From the IMG/VR virus record IMGVR_UViG_3300034200_001950: a stretch of DNA of 20,000 nt; one strand, 5' to 3'. A program made the translations under genes and the position numbers. Below, in pieces: positions 8,801 through 15,334 of the stretch (the first letter of the stretch is position 1; every line of letters begins with the position of its first letter). The notes beneath the pieces are model-generated. The model was not told the DNA's origin. It saw nothing but the letters and a program-made list of their open reading frames with translations, and ran no database searches. The stretch is from an uncultured virus (IMG/VR IMGVR_UViG_3300034200_001950) (lineage: Duplodnaviria; Heunggongvirae; Uroviricota; Caudoviricetes).

Positions 8801-9817
8801 ATGTCAAAAGAACCAAAAGAACAAAAAGAATCTAAAACTTTAGAAATAGCAATTGCTCAGTTAGAAAGACAGTTTGGCATTGGATCGGTAATGATCCTTG
8901 GTAATAAGAAGTCTGAACCTTGGCCAGCAGTTTCTACTGGAGCATTGCCACTAGATAATATTCTCGGTATTGGTGGATTACCACTTGGTAGAGTAGTAGA
9001 AATATATGGGCCTGAATCGTCAGGTAAATCGACACTTGCTTTATCGCTTGTTGCCGAAGCTCAAAAGATGGGATTAACATGTGCTTATATTGATGCCGAA
9101 CATGCTTTAGATCCGGTCTACATGACTGCGGTTGGAGTTGACCTAAATAAGCTTCTTCTAGCACAGCCTTCATATGGTGAAGAAGGACTAGAAATTGTAG
9201 ACATGCTTATTAGAACAGGTGAAATTGGCGTAGTTATTGTCGACTCAGTTGCCAGCTTAATACCTAAGGCAGAGCTTGAAGGTGATATGGAGTCTTCCCA
9301 AATGGGGTTGCAGGCGCGCATGATGGCTAAGGCAATGCGTAAGTTAGTTTCATTAGCAAACGAGAATAAAACTCTTATAATATTTATTAACCAAATTAGA
9401 AATAAGATTGGTGTAATGTTTGGTAACCCAGAAACTACCCCAGGTGGTTTTGCTTTAAGATACGCAGCTTCAGTCCGACTTGATATTAGAAAAAAAGAAG
9501 ACCTAAAAGATAAGCTTGGTAACTCTGTTGGAATTAAGGTAAAAGTAAAGGTCATCAAGAATAAGATGTCTCCTCCAATGAAGTTAACTGAGTTCGATAT
9601 TATGTACGGAAAAGGTATAGACAAGTTTGGTTGCGTATTTGACGCTGCAATGCAGGTTGGAGTTTTCACTCAAAAAGGCGCATGGGTTTACTATAGAGGA
9701 GAATCCTTCTCTCAAGGTAGAGAACAAGCTATAACTAAAATAAGAGAAGATGAAAATCTTCTTAAAGAACTTAAGGAGTTAATTACTAATGGCGTGCTCC
9801 CCGACCAGTTGTCCTGA
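8801..9817 (+). CDS. recA: RecA recombinase
   Basis: GGLPLGRVVEIYGPESSGKST, IDAEHALDP, VDSVA, IFINQIR, FGNPETTPGG and KVIKNK motifs. Likely start MSKEPK at 8801 rather than 8762. Confidence 0.98.
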   Translation: MSKEPKEQKESKTLEIAIAQLERQFGIGSVMILGNKKSEPWPAVSTGALPLDNILGIGGLPLGRVVEIYGPESSGKSTLALSLVAEAQKMGLTCAYIDAEHALDPVYMTAVGVDLNKLLLAQPSYGEEGLEIVDMLIRTGEIGVVIVDSVASLIPKAELEGDMESSQMGLQARMMAKAMRKLVSLANENKTLIIFINQIRNKIGVMFGNPETTPGGFALRYAASVRLDIRKKEDLKDKLGNSVGIKVKVKVIKNKMSPPMKLTEFDIMYGKGIDKFGCVFDAAMQVGVFTQKGAWVYYRGESFSQGREQAITKIREDENLLKELKELITNGVLPDQLS

Positions 9818-9947
9818 TTGTCCGTATCCGCCTAATCTAATGGTTACGGAACTGACTAAGAATAATGAAGGTTTTATGAGATACGAAGTAGATTGCAGAG
9901 AATGCGGAGAGGTATGGGTAGAGTTAGATGAAACAGCTACTAATTAA
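9789..9947 (+). CDS. Small Zn-ribbon protein (52 aa), not in the ORF track
   Basis: AAGGAG RBS. MACSPTSCPDC...VDCRECGEVW has two CxxC pairs and overlaps the recA 3' end. Confidence 0.7.
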   Translation: MACSPTSCPDCPYPPNLMVTELTKNNEGFMRYEVDCRECGEVWVELDETATN

Positions 9948-9986
9948 GTATTATTTAAAAATTGTTAGCTTTATTTGGAGATTTTA

Positions 9987-10167
9987 ATGTCAGAACAAAA
10001 TGATGATATTTTTTTTACGGATGAAAATCGGACAGATGATGTTGTTCGAAATAAAGAAGAATCCGCCTAAAGATACCGAGATCTATGATCTGGCTGTTAA
10101 GATTTATCTAAATTCAAGAGATCTCTTGCTTAAGATGGCAGATGACCCTCAAAAGGATTTATTCTAA
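9987..10167 (+). CDS. Small hypothetical protein (about 59 aa) interrupted by an apparent +1 shift in a T8 run
   Basis: GGAG RBS and ATG 9987. Reading T7 instead of T8 at 10009-10016 gives MSEQNDDIFLRMKIGQ...QKDLF. Confidence 0.5.
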
Positions 10168-10228
10168 TTTTAACCGCTTTTCCGCGCAAAATTTTTTTCT
10201 TTTTTTAATCTTATTAGTTCTTGATTCA

Positions 10229-10246
10229 GGGTACTATATTAATATG
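10229..10246 (+). promoter_or_regulatory. Third, more divergent TACTATA motif copy
   Basis: GGGTACTATATTAATATG just upstream of the AAGGAG RBS of the 10263 gene. Confidence 0.4.
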
Positions 10247-10262
10247 CTTATAAAGGAGAGCC

Positions 10263-10547
10263 ATGAATATATGGGAACTCATTAAGAACTTTGTTGGTAG
10301 TAACGACGTAGACAACATGGTTGTCGTTGATTACCTTTCTGACGAGGGCGAAGCTGGCGTTATTGCGATTCTGCGCAACAAATATAAAACCTTGTGCTTT
10401 TCTTACTTTAGCCTAGACCAATGGGAAATGATCCAAGACACCTCCTCAATCACGGATAAACATGTTGAGGAGATAGTCAAGGGGATCATTGATGATCTAG
10501 ACACTGTTGTGTTTATAGATCCTGACGATTTAGAGCGTCGGGCTTAA
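10263..10547 (+). CDS. Acidic hypothetical protein
   Basis: 94-aa ORF with AAGGAG RBS. Confidence 0.8.
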   Translation: MNIWELIKNFVGSNDVDNMVVVDYLSDEGEAGVIAILRNKYKTLCFSYFSLDQWEMIQDTSSITDKHVEEIVKGIIDDLDTVVFIDPDDLERRA

Positions 10548-11131
10548 CTAAGCTTAAAAAGCTTCCCATGTGGGTCATCTAAGTAAGCTTGTCCATAAAC
10601 TCCACAGGTTAACCACCCTAGAACCTCTTTAGCCACTCTAGGAGAGTGCGTAAAGGGTAAAAACGTCTTTAAGTACTGTACAGAGTAATTGTTATTTGTA
10701 TCTTCGTAGAACGTGTTATAGCGTTCCTTATTGATACAAAGTATAGAGTTAGTCTTGCCCTTGAGCTTTTTAAACAATTTAGTATTATGGTTCTTAGGCT
10801 CAACCAATATTACTGAATCAAATACAAATGATTTAAGGTTATATAGACTATAGAACAATTCACAGGATTCTTTATATCCTATAAATGTAATTGTCTTATA
10901 TCCTACCTGAAAGGTGTCATACACGCTTTTCTGTATCTGTATACAGGATAGGTCTGGATAGTTATAATCTTTCATATTAAAATAATATACATCATGGTTT
11001 TTTAACAGTAAGTTGTGAAAGCTATTACCCAATGGTGAAGCCATTAGTCTTTCATCGATTATTATCGCCTTATCTGTTGTTATTCTCATATTATCAGTGA
11101 GTGTGAGCATATTGGTGTTTTCCTTTTTCAT
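10544..11131 (-). CDS. Hypothetical protein, possibly a degenerate alpha/beta-hydrolase fold
   Basis: 195-aa ORF. TITFIGYKES...FDSVILVEP mimics the nucleophile-elbow and following strand but lacks GxSxG. Confidence 0.6.
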   Translation of the reverse strand: MKKENTNMLTLTDNMRITTDKAIIIDERLMASPLGNSFHNLLLKNHDVYYFNMKDYNYPDLSCIQIQKSVYDTFQVGYKTITFIGYKESCELFYSLYNLKSFVFDSVILVEPKNHNTKLFKKLKGKTNSILCINKERYNTFYEDTNNNYSVQYLKTFLPFTHSPRVAKEVLGWLTCGVYGQAYLDDPHGKLFKLS

Positions 11132-11133
11132 AA

Positions 11134-11304
11134 TCAGTAGCTACTGTATCCATCGTAGTTGTCAGAATCGTATTCGTAGTCTTGTTTAGGGTATTTGTTA
11201 AAGAAATTAGAGGCACTATAGGTGTCCATGATCTCTTCGATCATTTCTTCGTCCTCCTGTGTTTCTACGTATACGCTTTCTGGGTATACCTTTTTACGTG
11301 GCAT
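11134..11304 (-). CDS. Small acidic Tyr-rich protein (56 aa, MPRKKVYPES...DGYSSY), not in the ORF track
   Basis: AGGAG RBS and ATG 11304. The stop lies 2 nt before the next ATG. Confidence 0.75.
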   Translation of the reverse strand: MPRKKVYPESVYVETQEDEEMIEEIMDTYSASNFFNKYPKQDYEYDSDNYDGYSSY

Positions 11305-11362
11305 TTTGATTCTCCTATATGATTAGTGGTTTTTATCGCCGGCGGACACCGACGTAGGGGAT

Positions 11363-11391
11363 AATCTATCGACTCTTATGGTCTTTGTCAA
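11363..11391 (-). promoter_or_regulatory. Sigma70/SigA-type promoter
   Basis: TTGACA-17 nt-TAGATT on the minus strand. Confidence 0.65.
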
Positions 11392-11651
11392 CTCGTAGGC
11401 ATAAATATCCAAAATATTTTTCCGGCCGACTCCATAATGGGCTCTAACCTATATAAACTAGTATAAAGTTCATTAGGTCTAAAAAATAGGGAAAAATTTT
11501 AGGCCACTAACTATTATAACATATGATACAACGTAATCTTTAACGTGCCCACCGGAGTATGGGGGGTATCTACTAAGAATATTACTAGCACATGCACTAA
11601 CAATGCTTGTGCTTTTTTTTGCCACAACTAACCCAATAAAGGAGGGAAACA

Positions 11652-11933
11652 ATGGCACATAACAACAAAGCAAAGGTGCTTATGTTTGTAGCTGCAATAG
11701 CTGCATTCATAGGGCTAGTAATGTACACCGGTAAGGCGTATGATGAGTTCAGCTGTGAGGCTGCTACTCATACTATGTCATATGGTGACACTGTCTATAG
11801 TGTTGCAAGGACATACTGTAAGAATAACTACAGTAATGCAGTGCAATATATCATGGACAGTAACAACATAACTAGCAGGCAATTAACTAGCCTACGTATG
11901 GGTACAATTATCCATATAGAGGCGACTAAATAG
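11652..11933 (+). CDS. Membrane-anchored LysM-domain protein
   Basis: N-terminal TM helix, then HTMSYGDTVYSVARTY...IMDSNNI...LRMGTIIHI (LysM pattern). GGAGG RBS. Confidence 0.85.
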   Translation: MAHNNKAKVLMFVAAIAAFIGLVMYTGKAYDEFSCEAATHTMSYGDTVYSVARTYCKNNYSNAVQYIMDSNNITSRQLTSLRMGTIIHIEATK

Positions 11934-11947
11934 CCTAGCCTGTGTGG

Positions 11948-11983
11948 GTGGGATGGGTATCCATATATGGGTACTCATTCCAC
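11948..11983 (+). other. Long intergenic hairpin (16 bp including G-U)
   Basis: GTGGGATGGGTATCCA-TATA-TGGGTACTCATTCCAC with no U-tract. Confidence 0.6.
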
Positions 11984-12024
11984 CACCATGCACTATACAT
12001 AGCCACTACAAATAAGGAGGATAT

Positions 12025-12207
12025 ATGATATTGCAAATGTTATACAAATGTCTGTCTTGCGATGGGCGATACCGGTACGATCAGCTGAAGGATGGTGAAT
12101 GCGAATCATGCATAGCTAGCCTTCCTATGTACAATGCTTTAATGCATCACTTAGCAACTACTGATCCAGGTACGCCGTTCGTATACAGGCCGGATACTAA
12201 TCGTTAG
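12025..12207 (+). CDS. Small Zn-finger protein
   Basis: 60 aa, CLSC...CESC, AAGGAGG RBS. Confidence 0.75.
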   Translation: MILQMLYKCLSCDGRYRYDQLKDGECESCIASLPMYNALMHHLATTDPGTPFVYRPDTNR

Positions 12208-12233
12208 TAATAGCGAATAGTATTCATGATACT

Positions 12234-12270
12234 AGAGGGTAGTCCTACCAAGGGCTGCCCTCTTTTTATT
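12234..12270 (+). terminator. Conserved hairpin+U-tract repeat, copy 1
   Basis: AGAGGGTAGTC-CTACCAA-GGGCTGCCCTCTTTTTATT. Confidence 0.75.
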
Positions 12271-12276
12271 ACCCAT

Positions 12277-12299
12277 CTACACCAAGGAAAGGAGGTGAA
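12277..12299 (+). repeat. Start-associated 23-bp repeat with perfect SD, copy 1
   Basis: CTACACCAAGGAAAGGAGGTGAA, identical at 12591-12613. Confidence 0.9.
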
Positions 12300-12301
12300 C
12301 A

Positions 12302-12472
12302 ATGGCACAAACAGCTAGTCTCTTCGGAGCGGCGTTGGTAGACGGTCTTCGGATCGGTCTTACTAGCGGACGCACCGCAGAGCAGCAGGCTGCAGCTGAC
12401 AGGGATGAATCCTTGTTCGTTGTAGAAGCAATCTGTGACGCTCTCGAGCGTGCAGGTTACAAGCGTATCTAA
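12302..12472 (+). CDS. Small hypothetical protein (56 aa, MAQTASLFGA...AGYKRI), not in the ORF track
   Basis: Perfect AAAGGAGGTGA RBS, ATG 12302, TAA 12470-12472. Confidence 0.85.
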   Translation: MAQTASLFGAALVDGLRIGLTSGRTAEQQAAADRDESLFVVEAICDALERAGYKRI

Positions 12473-12494
12473 CGATATGCTCTTGCAGCTGATC

Positions 12495-12540
12495 GACTAA
12501 GAGTCGGAGGAGTAACGCACCTTGGCAACAGAACAAGCGG
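12495..12540 (+). ncRNA. 46-nt repeated candidate RNA element, copy A
   Basis: 43/46 identical to 12848-12893. Stems GACT/AGTC and CGC/GCG around TTG-GCAA-CAG. Lies in a 3' UTR. Confidence 0.55.
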
Positions 12541-12548
12541 GATCAATT

Positions 12549-12585
12549 GAGGGTAGCCCCTAGCAAAGGCTGCCCTCTTTTTATT
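12549..12585 (+). terminator. Conserved hairpin+U-tract repeat, copy 2
   Basis: GAGGGTAGCCC-CTAGCAA-AGGCTGCCCTCTTTTTATT. Confidence 0.75.
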
Positions 12586-12590
12586 GTCCC

Positions 12591-12613
12591 CTACACCAAG
12601 GAAAGGAGGTGAA
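12591..12613 (+). repeat. Start-associated 23-bp repeat, copy 2
   Basis: Identical to 12277-12299. Confidence 0.9.
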
Positions 12614-12614
12614 A

Positions 12615-12833
12615 ATGGACAAACTCTGGAGTGAAAACCGGGTATGGGTGGTAGCAGCCGCCCTTCTCGTGTTTACACCTCTTGCGAGCTGGATCTTCAC
12701 GATCATCGGCGTCGGTTTCGACATCGTTGGTTTTGTGCTAGGTCTGGTGAACTGGTTCGGCCTGTTTGTAGTAGCTATCGTAGCTGCTGCATACGTGGCA
12801 AGGAAACAGTTGACGAACTCGGAAGAGTCCTAA
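12615..12833 (+). CDS. Small membrane protein (72 aa, 2-3 TM segments)
   Basis: ATG 12615 after perfect SD. Almost entirely hydrophobic core. Confidence 0.85.
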   Translation: MDKLWSENRVWVVAAALLVFTPLASWIFTIIGVGFDIVGFVLGLVNWFGLFVVAIVAAAYVARKQLTNSEES

Positions 12834-12847
12834 TACAGGATCCAACT

Positions 12848-12893
12848 GACTAAGAGTCGGAGGAATAACGCACCTTGGCAACAGCATAAGCGG
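12848..12893 (+). ncRNA. 46-nt repeated candidate RNA element, copy B
   Basis: Near-identical to 12495-12540 but follows an unrelated gene. Confidence 0.55.
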
Positions 12894-12894
12894 T

Positions 12895-12932
12895 AGAGGG
12901 TAGCCCCTAATAAGGGCTGCCCTCTTTTAATT
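12895..12932 (+). terminator. Conserved hairpin+U-tract repeat, copy 3
   Basis: AGAGGGTAGCCC-CTAATAA-GGGCTGCCCTCTTTTAATT. Confidence 0.75.
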
Positions 12933-13005
12933 GCAATACATACCTAGTTACAACGTAAGCACAGACTCAGTATCTAAGGTAACCCTGACATGATGAGCTC
13001 CTGGG

Positions 13006-13175
13006 CACGATAGCCGAAAAAGTTTCTGCCCTCTTTTTTTTGCAGACCACCCCGGAATGCCGTGTGATCGGATCCACGTTAACTGTCCGTGAACCTACCG
13101 TTGGCAACTCGGTAGCAAAACAAAGGCCACCAAGGCGGTACGTAGCCTTAGGTCATCCCGACCAACGTACACAAC
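13006..13175 (+). ncRNA. Highly conserved structured leader/ncRNA, copy 1
   Basis: 169/170 identical to 14110-14279. Stems CTACCG/CGGTAG, GTACGT/ACGTAC, GGTC/GACC, CGTG/CACG and GCC/GGC. Confidence 0.65.
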
Positions 13176-13190
13176 GAAAGGATGGGCGAA

Positions 13191-13616
13191 ATGACCCCTT
13201 CAATCACAACACCTGGAAACAGGCTTTCAGTAAGAATCGTCACGATGCGGGAGCAGAATGGACCTAACGGCCCGTTCGTCTCTTTGTCGGTGGCGGATGA
13301 CTTTGAAAGCGGGTTTGCTCGTATCAATGCCAATGAAGGTGATCTTGTCTCGTACACGATCTCTACAGAGGTGTGGGTAGAGTTGCTTGCAATCATCGTC
13401 AAGACGACTGGAGCAAAGGCACAGACGAAAATGAGCAAAGGCAAGCGCCCTGCTAAGTACGTCTCCTTCGACAAGATCGTGAAGCTCGTTATCGAGCAAA
13501 CGGCTCCGTTGAAGGTGGTTCGCAAGAATCGTGTCGACGCCATCACTATCAGTGGTGACGTTAAGGCTGTTACCTCACGTGAGAAGCGTGCAGGCAACGG
13601 CATCAGCCTAGACTAA
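13191..13616 (+). CDS. Paralog family protein P1 (141 aa, possible OB-fold nucleic-acid binder)
   Basis: Start at ATG 13191 by alignment with P2 and the AAAGGA RBS. Basic and beta-rich, ends RAGNGISLD. Confidence 0.9.
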   Translation: MTPSITTPGNRLSVRIVTMREQNGPNGPFVSLSVADDFESGFARINANEGDLVSYTISTEVWVELLAIIVKTTGAKAQTKMSKGKRPAKYVSFDKIVKLVIEQTAPLKVVRKNRVDAITISGDVKAVTSREKRAGNGISLD

Positions 13617-13643
13617 CGTCTAGTTTCCGGGGAAGAATAAACT

Positions 13644-13680
13644 GAGGGTAGCTCCTAGCAAGAGCTGCCCTCTTTTTATT
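13644..13680 (+). terminator. Conserved hairpin+U-tract repeat, copy 4
   Basis: GAGGGTAGCTC-CTAGCAA-GAGCTGCCCTCTTTTTATT (compensatory T-A pair). Confidence 0.8.
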
Positions 13681-13711
13681 GACGTATATACATAAACGAA
13701 AGGAGTAATAT

Positions 13712-13993
13712 ATGTCTACTAAGCGGAAGAAGAGTCCTAACTTCTATGGTTGTTCATGCACTAGATGTGGTGTATGGATTGATCCCAAGAAAGGATATTG
13801 GTCTGCTGTATGGGTCTATTGTACAACATGTTATGTTGCGCGATTTGACAATGCTCAGCCAAAACCAAAGAAGAACAAGGTAGAGATACCAAAGGACGAC
13901 CTACACCTGGAGAGATGCAGGTGTGGCCGTATATATGAGGTAGAAGAAAACTACGAAGATATTATGCTTTGTAGCTACTGTTACCAAGTATAA
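13712..13993 (+). CDS. Cys-rich double Zn-finger protein
   Basis: 93 aa with CTRC, CTTC, CRC and CSYC motifs. AAAGGAG RBS. Confidence 0.85.
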   Translation: MSTKRKKSPNFYGCSCTRCGVWIDPKKGYWSAVWVYCTTCYVARFDNAQPKPKKNKVEIPKDDLHLERCRCGRIYEVEENYEDIMLCSYCYQV

Positions 13994-14000
13994 CTAAATC

Positions 14001-14037
14001 GAGGGTGGCCCCTAGCAAGGGCTGCCCTCTTTTTATT
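14001..14037 (+). terminator. Conserved hairpin+U-tract repeat, copy 5
   Basis: GAGGGTGGCCC-CTAGCAA-GGGCTGCCCTCTTTTTATT. Confidence 0.8.
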
Positions 14038-14109
14038 GCTGACGCACCTAGACATAACGTAACCACAGAGTCAGTGTCTATGGTAACCACGGGCCGATAA
14101 GCTCCTGGT

Positions 14110-14279
14110 CACGATAGCCGAAAAAGTTTCTGCCCTCTTTTTTTTGCAGACCACCCCGGAATGCCGTGTGATCGGATCCACGTTAACTGTCCGTGAACCT
14201 ACCGTTGGCAACTCGGTAGCAAAACAAAGGCCACCAAGGCGGTACGTAGCCTCAGGTCATCCCGACCAACGTACACAAC
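14110..14279 (+). ncRNA. Highly conserved structured leader/ncRNA, copy 2
   Basis: One mismatch versus 13006-13175 (T13149/C14253, unpaired position). Confidence 0.65.
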
Positions 14280-14295
14280 CGAAAGGAGAGCCGAA

Positions 14296-14721
14296 ATGAG
14301 CTCACCAATCACAACCCCTGGAAACAGGCTGCATGTCCGGATCGTCACGATGCGGGAGCAGAATGGGCCTAACGGTCCGTTCGTCTCCTTGTCAGTGGCG
14401 GACGACTTTGACCCTGGGTTCAACCGCATCAACGCCAACGAAGGTGATCTTGTCTCGTACACGATGACCCCTGAGGTGTGGGTAGAGTTGCTCAAGATCA
14501 TCGTTGCCAAAACCGGTGCAAAGGCACAGACCAAGACGAGCAAAGGCAAGCGCCCTGCTCCCTACGTCTGCTTTGACAAAGTAGTCAAGCTCGTTATCGA
14601 GCAGACTGCTCCAATCAAGGTGACTCGCAAGAGCCGTGTCGACGCCATCACCATCAGTGGTGACGTCAAGGCCGTGTCTTCACGTGACAAGCGTGCGGGC
14701 AACGGCATCAGCCTCGACTAG
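14296..14721 (+). CDS. Paralog family protein P2 (141 aa)
   Basis: 22 substitutions versus P1 by manual alignment (about 84% identity). AAAGGAG RBS. Confidence 0.9.
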   Translation: MSSPITTPGNRLHVRIVTMREQNGPNGPFVSLSVADDFDPGFNRINANEGDLVSYTMTPEVWVELLKIIVAKTGAKAQTKTSKGKRPAPYVCFDKVVKLVIEQTAPIKVTRKSRVDAITISGDVKAVSSRDKRAGNGISLD

Positions 14722-14749
14722 CAATCGAGTTTCCGGGGAAAAGTAAATT

Positions 14750-14786
14750 GAGGGTAGTTCCTAGCAAGGACTGCCCTCTTTTTATT
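14750..14786 (+). terminator. Conserved hairpin+U-tract repeat, copy 6
   Basis: GAGGGTAGTTC-CTAGCAA-GGACTGCCCTCTTTTTATT (compensatory change). Confidence 0.8.
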
Positions 14787-14790
14787 GGAG

Positions 14791-14900
14791 TCCCACTCCG
14801 ATGCTGGTCATCCGACTAGCAGGTGGGGAGGCGAACTGTCTCGTAAGAGGCATTGCCCGGTTGGATACCGCTCTATTAGGGTGCTGCAATGCATCCAACC
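14791..14900 (+). ncRNA. Structured leader of P3
   Basis: Stems CCCAC/GTGGG enclosing TGCTGGTC-ATCC-GACTAGCA, TGTCTC-GTAA-GAGGCA (GNRA loop), and GGTTGGAT/ATCCAACC ending just before the RBS. Confidence 0.55.
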
Positions 14901-14915
14901 TGAAAGGAGGTTAAA

Positions 14916-15329
14916 ATGAACAACATCCCTTCGGGACGTGTACTTGTTCGTGTGAGCGTCGCTTACTCGAGGAAGAACACCGTCACCGGCGAGGTTTTCG
15001 TGTCGCTCAACGTAGCTGATTCGATGACCGCTGGGTACGAGCGTTTGCCACAAGCAGATCTCGTCACCTACGCCGTGGCCAAGGACGTGTGGACCATTCT
15101 CGTTCGCGAGATTGCAACACGCGGTGCCAAGGCTACCAAGGGTATTGACAAGAACAAGGAGTCCTACTCCAAGTTCTCGCCAAAGGTCGTTGAGTTGGTT
15201 ATCCAGCTCACCGCTCCGATGGTGGTCAAGAATGTTGGTCGTAAGGGTTCGGCTCTCAGCATCGCTGGGAACGTATCCGCGATCAATGTTCGTGAGCGTC
15301 GTGCTGGCAACGGCATCGCTCTCGACTAG
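14916..15329 (+). CDS. Paralog family protein P3 (137 aa)
   Basis: Shares FVSLNVAD, LVTY, VW, KVVELVI, IAGNV and RRAGNGIALD with P1/P2. AAAGGAGG RBS. Confidence 0.9.
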   Translation: MNNIPSGRVLVRVSVAYSRKNTVTGEVFVSLNVADSMTAGYERLPQADLVTYAVAKDVWTILVREIATRGAKATKGIDKNKESYSKFSPKVVELVIQLTAPMVVKNVGRKGSALSIAGNVSAINVRERRAGNGIALD

Positions 15330-15334
15330 TCGAT

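Noticed and set aside
8934..9669. Minus-strand ORFs within recA
   Set aside because: Antisense shadows of a well-conserved gene.
11479..11673. 64-aa minus-strand ORF in the switch region
   Set aside because: Non-ATG start, overlaps the LysM gene start, and has no RBS.
12985..13035. Hammerhead ribozyme (TGATGAG...CGAAA...TTC)
   Set aside because: The core reads ATGATGA here and CCGATAA in the second copy, not CUGANGA, and stems I and III are not well formed.
13070..13082. raiA-motif RNA similarity (GATCCACGT)
   Set aside because: Only a 9-nt match from memory. The rest of the sequence and architecture do not fit.
13040..13267. 75-aa ORF across the conserved leader
   Set aside because: TTG start with no RBS. 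An indel near the P2 RBS breaks the frame in the second copy, and near-zero divergence shows no codon pattern.
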